A DNA stretch of 64,000 nucleotides from Octopus sinensis (Eukaryota), in contig NC_043007.1 of assembly GCF_006345805.1 (NCBI RefSeq), positions 50,096,001 through 50,160,000 on the forward strand, written 5' to 3'. Position numbers and translations under genes: made by a program. Below are positions 1-11,220 of the stretch, piece by piece. The notes below the pieces were generated by a model. That model saw nothing but the letters and a program-made list of their open reading frames with translations. It did no database searches and was not told where the DNA came from. Each line of letters opens with the position of its first letter. Position 1 is the first letter of the stretch.

Positions 1-1097
1 CTGAGTAGGTTTTCAAGGCTTTTACACCTCCTTCTGCTATGTACTAAACCCACACAGTGCTTTCGTGCGTCCAAAATACTATACCAGTCCCCCACTAGTA
101 CTAAAGTGCGAGACGTTCCCAAGAATGTTTCTAGGAGCCTGAAGAAATCTGACTTTTCAGCCCCCTTTTGGGAATAGACCGCCACTAGTCTCAAGGTGCC
201 ACCTTCACTGCCATTCACGTCCAGGATCACGAACATACACCCGGATCCAGGAAGATAGCCCGCACTGAGCGATCTAAACATTTCCAAGGTAGATCTGCGA
301 CACCGCCATCTGCTCCCAATAGACCACAAGATGAGAATACCTCGTAGTCTTCGAAAATGGATGGTAGTCAGAGAAATAAAATGAGGAAGTTACTCACATT
401 GGTTTTCGAGAAACCCAGAAGTTCCGAGCTTCTCTACTGGCAAAAATGTTTTAAAAGACCTTCCGACAGCCTTTTATCAATAGATTTTTTTAAATGCCCA
501 TACTTCTGGGAATTTTTCTGTCATGGTTTTATTAACGTCCTACGGCGTTTTAAGAAGGAGTCTGTCCTTGGATTGTGGGAGAAGGTGTAGGAGTCTTGTG
601 CACTTGTTTATGATTTTGCACTTGTGGTACTTGTAATATTGGTTGTGGTGAGACTTCATTTTTCTTTGTTTCAGGAAAGAAACATTTAAGTGTTCTACAG
701 ATTCACATTTATGGCATTTTGGCTTTCTACCCTCCACGAACACTGACAGATGAGTGCCATTCGGGAGATCGATTAAATCGGGCAGCTGGTCTATATGGTC
801 CTGCTTGTATTGCATGGTCAGTTCCATACCTATACCTAACCACTTTTGCTTAGGTAGTTTCTTGACGTCCAGTATTGTGACTTCGTCTTCTTTTAAACCT
901 GTCAAGACGGTCATCACTAAACCAGGTAATGGATATTTCTGGTAGCACATTCAGCACCCTAATCTTTGCAAGGCGTTGGGCGCGATAGCTGGAGATTAAG
1001 AAAAAATAGTCATTGTTCAAAGTTGTTGCGGAATCACATTTAGCTTCTTCTTCTGTCCCATATCTCACTTCAATGGTTCCAAACTTCTTTCCTCCGG
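1..1097 (-). mobile_element. Degenerate Tx1/L1-like non-LTR retrotransposon: ORF1 (gag-like, zinc-knuckle remnant) followed by the start of the ORF2 AP endonuclease; runs off the window start
   Basis: ORF 540-950 has VFVEGRKPKCHKCESVEHL; ORF 850-1068 has YRAQRLAKIRVLNVLPEI. Manual minus-strand translation of 1-250 gives FVILDVNGSEGGTLRLVAVYSQKG..DFFRLLETFL..LVLVGDWYSILD (APE RLVAVY and GDWN-like motifs). Frameshifted. Confidence 0.8.
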
Positions 1098-1144
<47 letters not shown>

Positions 1145-1168
1145 ATAATAATAATAATAATAATAATA
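1098..1168. repeat. (TAC)n-(TAA)n microsatellite
   Basis: Direct reading. Confidence 0.95.
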
Positions 1169-1635
1169 AATGCAAAGATCCTATAGGATTCTATGATTCA
1201 GTGCGATCATGAGATTGAGAATAAGAAGCCGGACATAATCTTAATTGAGAAAGAAGACAAACTATGCTCGATCATAGACATAGCACGCCCAGCTGCCAAT
1301 AAAGTATGGCATAAGGAAGAAAGAAAAGTCGAGAGATATTACAGGTTAGCTTGGGAAGTTAAGCAGTTGTGATCGATGAAAAAGGGAGCAGTAGTACCTA
1401 TAATTGTCGGAGCCCTGAGAACAGTGAGCAAAAATCTCGAGAAGTACGTGGAAGAAATAAGGCTGCAATAAGGGTGGGGCACTTGCAGAAAACAGCACTG
1501 ATTGGAACCGCTCGAATACTCCGGAAGGTGCTCGTGGAGGGTAGAAAGCCAAATATGAGGTGTTACCTTAGTTCACTGGTAGTGAACAGCTGACACTGTA
1601 GAACATCTCCAGTGTTAGAAGCTGTGCAAAGGCAA
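1169..1635 (+). mobile_element. 5'-truncated R4/Dong-like LINE, restriction-like endonuclease (REL) C-terminus plus 3' UTR
   Basis: Manual translation: IQCDHEIENKKPDIILIEKEDKLCSIIDIA..KEERKVERY..VPIIVGAL..LQKTALIGTARILRKVL, with internal stops; flanked by TAA/TAAA repeats. Confidence 0.85.
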
Positions 1636-1828
1636 TGAATGAATAAATAAATAAATAAATAAATAATAAAAATTATAATAATAATAAAAACAACAACAGA
1701 ACCAACACCCACAGCAACAACAATGACAGCAGCCACAACAACAAACAACAACATATATAATATGTAATCGCGTATTTGTATATTACTCCTTGTGCATGAA
1801 AGTATGCATACATAAATACATATATATA

Positions 1829-1877
<49 letters not shown>

Positions 1878-2384
1878 GTATACAATTCTATGTATGTGTA
1901 TATGTGTGCATATTTTTGTAGAGGCCAAAAGTCCCTTGGTGGTGTTGGTATTGGTGGTGGTAAATATTTATAGTCATGTTAACACGACTGTTGATATGGA
2001 ATTCCTAGTTTTGTTTTCGTACTGGTGCAGTGGAGTGACGGTGGTGATGGAACGGGGATGATTGTGTGATGAAGATGTTATCGGAATAGTGATAGTAATC
2101 ATGATGAAGTAATGATGGTGATGAGGAGGTTTTTAAATTTCTAGAACATATAAAAAGAGGGGGAAAGAGTGGGGAGAGAGACGGGGAGAGAGATACAAAA
2201 AGAAAGAGACGGAAAGAGAGAAGAGAAAGATAGGGACAGAGTGAGTGTGAGAGGGAGTAAGAGAGAGAGAAAGAGTTAGTGAGAGAGAGAGAATGAGCGA
2301 GAGAGGGGGAGGAGGAGGTGCGGAATCAGAGAGAGGCGCCCTTGTCTCCTGATTAGTCGGCTCTGGTCTTTGTAATAACGGTAT

Positions 2385-3060
2385 CACTCATTTGACTGTC
2401 GGTGTGATAATGATAGGAAGTATCAGCTGGCTGTCATTGTCGTGATGGCGGTAAGCGTCACTCGATTAGCTGTCATTTTAGTGATGGTTGCACGTATCGC
2501 TAAGTTGGCCATCATTGTCGCAATGATGATAAGGATCACTCGACTGGCTTTCGTTTTAGTGATGGTTGTGTCATTGTAGTGATGGTTGTAAGTACCACTC
2601 AGCTGGCTGTCATGGACGTAATGGCGATAGGGGTTACTCAGTTTGTCTGTTATTGTAGTGATGATTGTTAGTATCACTCAGCTTGCTGTCATTGCTGTAA
2701 ATGTAATAAGGGTCGCTCGTTTGGATGTCACTGTGGTGGTGGCTGTAATTGTCACCTGGCTGTTATTGCAGTGATGGTTTTAAGTATCACACAGCTGGTT
2801 CTTGTTATAGTAATAGCGTTAAATGCACGTTTTGCTATCATTGTCGCTCATGTAACGATATCGTTGATGCAGCTGGCTTTTTTGATGTTGTTGAAGAATT
2901 CGTGTAAGATTTGATGTTTTAGTGTATGAAGGTGATAAGACTGGCAGTTGAGTATCGGTAGTGAGTGAGCAAGGTGTTGATGTCACTGTTACAATTGTCG
3001 CAGCTGTTCCTCTTGTTGGATTATCTGGAACAACCTGCAATAAAAATATCTACGACGATT
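2385..3060. repeat. Degenerate ~39-bp minisatellite
   Basis: Recurring unit approximating gtaagtatcactcagctggctgtcattgtagtgatggtt, roughly 10 or more diverged copies. Confidence 0.7.
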
Positions 3061-3289
3061 AGTGAGTACATGACGTAATATACGACGACCAATCACAGCT
3101 AAAACGCCAAACATTATTATGCTTACAACAATGATGATGACGGTGTTGGTGGTTGTAATGATGATGATGATGGTGACGATAATAATGACGACAGTGATAT
3201 AACGATATTGATGGTGATTGAGAGTAAAGGTGAAAGGTAAAGAGTAAGAACATAGACTACAGAGTAAAGTAGCGCCGTTGTTTCTTATT

Positions 3290-3480
3290 TATACACAAGG
3301 TGTTAACATTTATGGGGAAGGTGATTAGTCGATATTTACATCGATCCCAGTGCTCAACTGGTACTTATTTTCTCGACCTTGAAGGATTAAAGGCAAAGTC
3401 GACCTCGGAGGCATTTGAACTCAGAAACTAGGGTAGGACGAAATATTTCTAAGCATTTTGCACGGCGTGCTAATGACATG
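3290..3480 (-). mobile_element. SINE family M (core ccgaggtcgactttgcctttcatcc..gataaaataagtaccag)
   Basis: Reverse-complement match to the copy at 25585-25800. Confidence 0.7.
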
Positions 3481-4129
3481 GTGCTAATAAATAATGATTC
3501 TCACTAGGGCACCAAGCCTGAAAATTAGTGGCGAGGTCACTCAATTTAATTAACCCCTGTACAATACGAATTGTTATTTTATGGACCCCGCAGTAAAATG
3601 TAAGATAAGGTTCCTCCTCAGTTATATTTCAGATACAGCTGTAAAGCCTCCAGAAAGCAGTTTGCCTGACGCGCTACCAGTTCCCTCAACGATTTTGTTT
3701 CATGCTAGACTGATTTTTCGATATGGTAGACAAGGCTACATTTTTATTTGATTTTGAAGCCAAAGAAAGGTAAACACAAAGTTGACATGCGCGGGAACTT
3801 AACTCAGTACCTTAGAGGAACAGGGGAAATGATGGAAGAAAAAGAAGTCGATGAACGTACAGTGTATGATTGGCGAACCAGTGAACTTCATACTACATCT
3901 GACACTTTCAGTAGTGTAATATATAACATATTTAAATATATAGTATACTAGCATTATGACCCGTCGTTCCCAGGTCATAGTGCTAGTGCATGTATGTATG
4001 TGTATATATATGTTTACATATTACATGTACATCTATATATATATATATATATACATCTACACATAAAATACAAAATACAAAGTTATATCTTGATATCGCT
4101 AGTGATAACAATACTCAAAATATATAACA

Positions 4130-4700
4130 GAATGGAATTGTAGGCCCGTCTCTTGCAATTTCGATCAATTGTATCTTGTCCTCCCTCTTGTATAGACGTG
4201 TGGCTACAATCCAGCTTACCTCTACTTCGGCGGGGACATTTTAAATTTTTATCCGGAACGTCCTACGTCCCAGATATAAAGGTAACAATAAAATATTTCC
4301 ACTTTGCAAGGTTCGAGTCGAGTTCTCCCTTGTACGCTCTGTTGACTCGAACCTTGATTCTATTGTTGCGAATTTACCGCTTCTAGTTAGATACTTGATA
4401 TCTTTCATAGTCGTACCAAGACACTTTTCGATGGTGCTTTCCTCCAGGTGTTCAAATCTTTTTTTCTCTACATTGTATACTTTATAGACAATAGTCTTTT
4501 CTTTAATTTAATTTTTTATTTCGTTTGGTGGTGTTATCATAGATTCACCGTCTTTGTCGGCGATCAATCCGAAATAGGTTTGTATTTCTTCCATTTTAAT
4601 TTTAATGAGTTCGCGCCCACCGATGGCTGCAGCAAAATTCATTTTTGGACGTTCTTCTATCGAAGGAATTCTAACAAAAATGCTTCCGTATAAACGGTGA
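4130..4700 (-). mobile_element. Second, more degraded Tx1/L1-like ORF1 fragment
   Basis: Manual translation YLGRRTFRIKI*NVPAEVEVSW resembles YRAQRLAKIRVLNVLPEISITW of the 850-1068 ORF; several stops. Confidence 0.55.
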
Positions 4701-5520
4701 AAATATTGTCAATTTCTCCAAACAGGGACACAATTCAATTTTTAAACAATAACCAAAGCTCCTTCTCCCAAAAGGGAAGGGTTACAGTTTACAATTATTT
4801 AACAAATGCAACACAACAACGTTTCTCTTACGAGGAACTAACAAACGTGATAACAATAGTTAAACAGTAATAATAACAACAAATCTTACGGTGAATCAAA
4901 AAGCAGTACGCAGTTGAAGCTATAGTCCTTTATGCATAATAAATAAGCCAACAGCAGTACTCAGTAGAAGCAGCTGTTCGAGAAAACAGACATTACATAC
5001 AGCCAAGCTTCATATAGATACTTAATGCTAGCTAATTAGCAAATAATCTAATGTAAAAGCCGTGGTAAAGGGTATGTGCATAGCTCCATCTGGACTCTTC
5101 CATTTCTGCACACTAATTTTATTTTTAATTTACTCCCATTCATGTGAAACTACTTATTCAAGTTCAAGTCATTGATGCAATTTTATACCAATTGCTATTT
5201 TTACTTTTGTTATGTTACGATTATATTATACTTTAGTTTGATTTTAATTATCACTTACTACATATAATTCAATTGTTATTATTATCTCTAATTTTTATTG
5301 TTAAAGTGAAAGTATCTGACATAAAATAGAGAAATGTTTTTGTTTCACTTTTAACACGTAATACTGAAATAGTGGAGAAGATATGATATTGCTATGGGCT
5401 CGCCCTAGGCAATGAAATTGGTTGTGTAGTTCCCAAGTTTTAGGGAAACACACAGACAGACAAACACACATTGTTATATATAGAGAGATATAATACTACC
5501 ATGACTATCAAACAGAATCA

Positions 5521-5568
<48 letters not shown>

Positions 5569-5689
5569 GTGTGTGTGTGCGTGTTTTTTTTATGTGTATA
5601 TGCTATATAAGCATATACACCAGTTGATGTACATTTATATGTATATACAAATACATACACACACACACATATGTTTATATACATAATGT

Positions 5690-5820
5690 GTCAACCACAT
5701 GATTGTCAGTTCCGTCCCACTCTGTGACATCTTGGGCAATTATCTTTTACTAGTACCTCGGGTCGAGCAAGTCTTGTGAATGGATTTGGTAGAAGGAAAC
5801 TGACAGAAACCCGTCGAATA
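5690..5820 (+). mobile_element. SINE family K, 5' fragment
   Basis: Similar to the tRNA-like head of the full copy at 47577-47970 (ggatttggtag..aaactga..aacccgtcg). Confidence 0.65.
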
Positions 5821-5836
5821 TATATACATATATATT

Positions 5837-5874
<38 letters not shown>

Positions 5875-5886
5875 CTATATATATAT

Positions 5887-6304
5887 ATGAAAGAATGGAG
5901 TTGAACGACGAATTAACAAAATTCCTTTATTTTCGACATATGTTTCGAAGATTATTGTTTAAGTTTATCACTATGAGCTCCGTGTGAACAGTCATCTAAA
6001 AGTATTTTGTGCATCTTGATGTTGACATAAGTTCCTTGCTTTTCCTGATGAGAAATCGGCATAATATACTCCTTATTCCTTCGCAATTAGGAATATGCAG
6101 CCTTCGAAACATATGTCGAAAATAAAAGATTTTTGTTAATTCGTCGTTCAACTCCATTCTTTCATATATTTATATTTAAAAAAAAAACATTCAAATTTCC
6201 ACACGAAAGCACGTAACTTCAAACGTGTCTTCTCTGATGTGAATATTGCTACCCAGGTATCGGTTAACCGAATTATCCTTAACAAGATAATTCATTCAAC
6301 TACT

Positions 6305-6309
<5 letters not shown>
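5887..6309 (+). mobile_element. (TA)n-flanked PLE-end element with a 64-bp inverted terminal copy and one hammerhead
   Basis: 5887-5950 is the inverse of 6102-6165; body matches the reverse complement of 41501-41860; (TA)n on both sides. Confidence 0.75.
6035..6128 (+). ncRNA. Type I hammerhead ribozyme motif (long stem II, partly mutated)
   Basis: TTTTC-CTGATGA(6045-6051)-stem II-GAAA(6106-6109)-CATATG-TC then GAAAA; predicted cleavage after C6117. Confidence 0.7.
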
Positions 6310-6345
<36 letters not shown>

Positions 6346-6356
6346 CATATGTGTAC

Positions 6357-6425
<69 letters not shown>

Positions 6426-6464
6426 CATTCACGTGTGTGTGCATTTGTCTACGTTGGTCTTCCG

Positions 6465-6648
6465 TCACCACTTGACAACTGCTGGTGGTGTGTTTACGTC
6501 CTTTTAACATCACGGCTCGGCGAAAAGGGTCCAACGAAATAAGTATCAGGTTTAAAAATGTACTGAAGTTGATTCAACCGACTGAAAGCTTTTCAAAGCG
6601 GTGCCCCAGCATGGCCACAATGTAATGACTGAAACATGTAAAAGACAA
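6465..6648 (+). mobile_element. SINE family K, 3' half
   Basis: ggtgtgtttacgtcc..gcggtgccccagcatggccaca..atgactgaaaca tail shared with other copies. Confidence 0.65.
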
Positions 6649-6775
6649 AAGATACATATACATACATATACACACACATACATACATGCGAACGTACATT
6701 ATATACACATACATGGAGACATGTATACATTCATGTATGCATATATTCATAGATATTTACATATCTATATTTACA

Positions 6776-6841
<66 letters not shown>

Positions 6842-7259
6842 CATTCATGTATGCATACATTACGCATATACATATATATATTACACGCACACACACATAC
6901 ATAGATGCATAGCTACATACATACACACGTACATACATACATATATACATATATACATACATAAAACTTAAACAATAATTTTCAAAGAGAAAGCGGGTGA
7001 GGGGAAGGCAAATTACATAAAAAGAAAAGGGCATTAGAAAAGCCCCTCTTGCTTGGTGATATTGGATACTGGGGTAACATGATCTGAGGGTACTGGTGGT
7101 GGTGTGGAAGGGGAGATAACGTACTGTATGTCTGGCTTTCAATGGCATAAAGACAGAAAGACAGAGCAGGGAGGAGAGTTAGGCGGAAAGAGAGACAGAA
7201 GTGGGAGGAGACAGAGAGGGAATGAAAGAGGGGGAGAAAGAGATGAGGCTAGTGAGATA

Positions 7260-7296
<37 letters not shown>

Positions 7297-7469
7297 GTAA
7301 GACAAAATGTAAATAGTTGATTATTTAAATAAATGAATAAATGAATAGATCTGAGAAAAATGAAGAGAAAACAAAGAACAACACTAGTAACATAACAAGA
7401 ACTATAAGGACAAATAAAACAATAAATGCAAAAGTGTGTGTCAATAATATCTGTGATTTCATATATATA

Positions 7470-7517
<48 letters not shown>

Positions 7518-7552
7518 TATATATATATAGATACATACATACATACCCCCCC

Positions 7553-7592
<40 letters not shown>

Positions 7593-7594
7593 AC

Positions 7595-8032
7595 ATAATC
7601 AAAATAAGCAACAAGGATATCCAGAGGTAATGCAGTACGATCGTTTCATGCGACTCCATTTAATTGAACAATAAAAACATTTCATCAATTTAAAATGTAG
7701 TGCTTTCTACACAAAAAGAGTACAATTTGTTTAACTCCTTATCCTCTTGGAGATTTTGGATAAAATTATACTAATGTATCTTTCAAATTTAATTAAATTC
7801 TATGTCTTTTGTGCAGCTGAAGATTGCTCTACATTTTAAATTGATGTAATGTTTGCATTGTTCAATTAAATGGAGTCGAATGAAACGATCGTACTGCATT
7901 ACCTCTGTATTTCCTTGTTGCTTATTTTGATTATAATCGCCTCATTTTAAATTATCTGGATAATACCATACTAAATTCTGGTGCCTCAACTTGAGTACAT
8001 TATTCATCGGAATCAAAATTTTTACTGAACTC
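7595..8032 (+). mobile_element. (TA)n-flanked fold-back element of a different sequence family (106-bp inverted arms)
   Basis: 7595-7700 is an imperfect inverse of 7829-7934; tail to 8032, then (TA)n. Confidence 0.7.
7812..7898 (+). ncRNA. Hammerhead-like motif (GUA cleavage triplet, palindromic stem III ACGAUCGU)
   Basis: TGCAG-CTGAAGA(7817-7823)-long stem II-GAAA(7882-7885)-CGATCG-TA-CTGCA; stem I is a perfect 5 bp, but the base of stem II is imperfect. Confidence 0.6.
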
Positions 8033-8078
<46 letters not shown>

Positions 8079-8139
8079 CATACATACATATATACATACA
8101 TACATACATACATACAAACATATATATATATATATATAT

Positions 8140-8447
8140 GGAGGCGCAATGGCCTAGTGGTTAGGACTCACGGTCGAAGGATCGCGATTTCGATTCTCTG
8201 ACCAGTCGTTGTGAGTGTTTATTGAGCGAAAACACCTAAAGCTCCACGAGGCTCCGGCAGGGGGTGGTGGCGATCCCTGCTGTACTCTATCGCTGCAACT
8301 TTCTCTCACTCTTTTTTCTGTTGGCCTGCTCGCTTAGCTAGCGGGGTGGCATCATTTGAAGGCTAAAACAATGCGAAGCGCATTGTGACCAGCGATGTGT
8401 AGCAACATCTGATAGCCTGATCGGTCACGTGATCACGTGGTCACGTG
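8140..8447 (+). mobile_element. tRNA-derived SINE family R, full length
   Basis: A-box-like TGGCCTAGTGG and B-box-like TTCGATTC; reverse copy at 53758-54056. Confidence 0.85.
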
Positions 8448-8865
8448 TTATATATATATATATATACATATATACATATATATGAGTGTATATATCTATA
8501 TGTATATATGTATATATATATGTGTGTGTCTGTGTGTGTATGTGTATGTATGTATGTGTGCTTGTATATACATATGTATGTATTCATGTATGCATGTATA
8601 TAAATATGTATGTATTTTTCTGTGTAGGAGATACTTGCTCTGTGTGTGTGACGCTCGTACCTGTACACACACACGCTCACACACACACACGAACACACAC
8701 GCACACACACACACAGACACACACACATACACACATACACACACACACACAAACACACACACATATATATATATATACATATGTGCATGTTTGCGCTAGT
8801 GACACAGAGAATAACACTTCATGTACATATACATGCATACATACATACATACATACATACATACA

Positions 8866-8900
<35 letters not shown>

Positions 8901-8906
8901 CAAGAA

Positions 8907-9064
8907 TAAAAGTTTTGAATGGTACAACAATGCACTATAATACAGACAATGGGCTATATACCTGTTGTATATATCTATAGTCACACTATGGATCACTAAA
9001 TTACAACAGGTATATCGCCCATTGTCTGTATTATAGTGCATTGTTGTACCATTCAAAACTTTTA
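8907..9064. repeat. Inverted repeat, 63-bp arms, 32-nt spacer
   Basis: 8907-8969 versus 9002-9064, one mismatch by eye. Confidence 0.9.
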
Positions 9065-9110
9065 ATCCTTACAAACAATACACAATGCTTCAAGCGAACT
9101 ACAATACTCT

Positions 9111-9159
<49 letters not shown>

Positions 9160-9195
9160 GAAAGAATGGAGTCGAACGAAGATGTTAACAAAATT

Positions 9196-9288
9196 CCTTT
9201 ACTCTCGACATATGTTTCGAAGACATCATGGTTTCATTCCAAAGGAATAAAGGGTGCATTATGCAATCTTCTCATCAGAAAAGAAAGG
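9196..9288 (-). ncRNA. Type I hammerhead ribozyme motif (minus arm)
   Basis: TCATCAG at 9272-9278; mirror image of 9316-9408. Confidence 0.8.
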
Positions 9289-9315
9289 GAGCCTCTCTCG
9301 ACAACAAGACGGCTC

Positions 9316-9408
9316 CCTTTCTTTCCTGATGAGAAGATTACATAATGCACCCTTTATTCCTTTGGAATGAAACCATGTTGTCTTCGAAACATATGTCGAG
9401 AGTAAAGG
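9316..9408 (+). ncRNA. Type I hammerhead ribozyme motif
   Basis: CCTTTCTTTC-CTGATGA(9326-9332)-GAAGA..TCTTC-GAAA-CATATG-TC-GAGAGTAAAGG; predicted cleavage after C9397. Confidence 0.85.
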
Positions 9409-9571
9409 AATTTTGTTAACATCTTCGTTCGACTCCATTCTTTCATTTATTCATATACAACGCACAAATTTCTGCACATGAACCCGGAGTTTCTACCCTT
9501 GGACAGGTCGCTTCAACGTGTTTCTGACGTGAATTTGCTACCCTGGTTTATATATATATATATATTATATA

Positions 9572-9677
<106 letters not shown>

Positions 9678-9705
9678 CTATGTATGTATGTATGTATCTA
9701 TCTAT

Positions 9706-9744
<39 letters not shown>

Positions 9745-9869
9745 TATATATATATATACGTATATACATATATGTGTCTATATATATATATATAGGTATA
9801 TAGGTATGTATATATGTATGTATGTATAAGTGTATGTATGTATGTATGTGTGTGTGTGTTTAGATTTAA

Positions 9870-10760
9870 ATATATAATTTGAAGTAATTTTCAACAAGTA
9901 GAAAAGCACTCGATCAGCAAAGAGCGTAATGACAATCTTTAATTAAAGACTACATATCTTGCAATTACAGCCACTCAGGGTCTCTTGGTCGCAATAATAA
10001 TTTATTCCATTTGTTAACCTGAAAACAAAACCGTTTGTCAGTTGCCTTTTGAGAAGATAGCGTTAACGTTTAAACAAAAGCCGCTTGTAAAGAAGACGAA
10101 AACGAAAGCATAAGGGGGATAATCAACGTTTCAATAAGTTGTTATCAAGTAGACGTAAACCAGATGTTAATTGTTTACTATGTGTCCGGTGGTCTACTTT
10201 TAATTTCTGAGAAGTTTAATTTTTTAAATATGGACATAAAGGAAAGATTTCGTTCCTGGAATTTATGCATTTTGATGGAGGTTCTCAAGAGCTTTAATAG
10301 GTACAGTTTTTCAAACGGACACACTAAACATTTTTTTAGACCTGTTAACATTGGATCTGGATTTAGAGAGGATTTTCTATTTGATATCGAAATTGGTCCC
10401 TTTGTGTTTAAGTTTCAAGATTAAAGCCGAAAGAGATGATGAATGTCTCTTATCACAGTACCTAAGATTCGAAACTCGGTTGTTATATCTAAATTTAAAT
10501 TTTCCTTCCACGGCTCCAGTATAAAATTTGATATTTGTAAGACCATTATCGTAGTTTTCTGAATCCAGTACTTCATAAACAACGAAAGATATATCGCACT
10601 CCTATCATAGAGGACATTTAGATTATCTCTACATGTGCATCCGGGACAGGCTTGTGTTGTTCGTTGGTTATTAATGTATGACTTAACATTAGGAGGACAA
10701 GAAAAGGTAACTTTTATTGTGTGTCACTTAACGATTTTATTGTATCTATGGGTTCCATAG
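9870..10760 (-). mobile_element. Degenerate Penelope-like element 3' portion (GIY-YIG region plus 3' UTR)
   Basis: Manual translation: TIKVTFSCPPNVKSYINN..CTCR..VVYEV..FYTGAVEGKFKFRYNN..KKCLVCPFEKLY; similar to the PLE at 34868-36311. Confidence 0.7.
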
Positions 10761-10794
10761 AAGTGGATATCTACTAAGTTCAAGAATCTTCTTC

Positions 10795-11055
10795 CTACCT
10801 ACCTACCTACCTACCTACCTACATACATACATACATACATACATACATACATACATACATACATACATACATACATACATACATACATACATACCTACTT
10901 ATCTACCTACCTACCTGCCTACTTACCTATCTACCTACCTACCTATCTACCTACCTACCTATCTACCTACCTACCTACCTACCACCTAGCTACCTACCTA
11001 CCTATCTACCTGCCTACCTACCAACCTACCTACCTACCTATCTACCTACCTACAT
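10795..11055. repeat. Compound (TACC)n/(TACA)n microsatellite
   Basis: Direct reading. Confidence 0.95.
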
Positions 11056-11182
11056 ATATATATATGTGTATGTGTGTGTGTATGTATGTATATCTTCACG
11101 GGGATGCTCCAGTATGACCGCAACCGCATGACTAACACAGAAAAATATATGTATAAGAAAGAAGGGAATAAAGTCCCATAAT

Positions 11183-11220
<38 letters not shown>

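Larger units (their letters stand above)
9154..9549 (+). mobile_element. (TA)n-flanked palindromic PLE-end element carrying two opposite-strand hammerheads
   Basis: 140-bp arms 9154-9293 and 9311-9450 (3 mismatches by eye), 17-nt spacer, 3' tail to 9549. Confidence 0.85.

Noticed and set aside
2385-3060. CRISPR-like reading of the 39-bp repeat
   Set aside because: Units are contiguous and degenerate with no unique spacers; no cas genes; eukaryotic context
8140-8230. tRNA gene (also 25585, 53990 and 62690 regions)
   Set aside because: A/B boxes are present, but these are multi-copy SINE heads without a full cloverleaf
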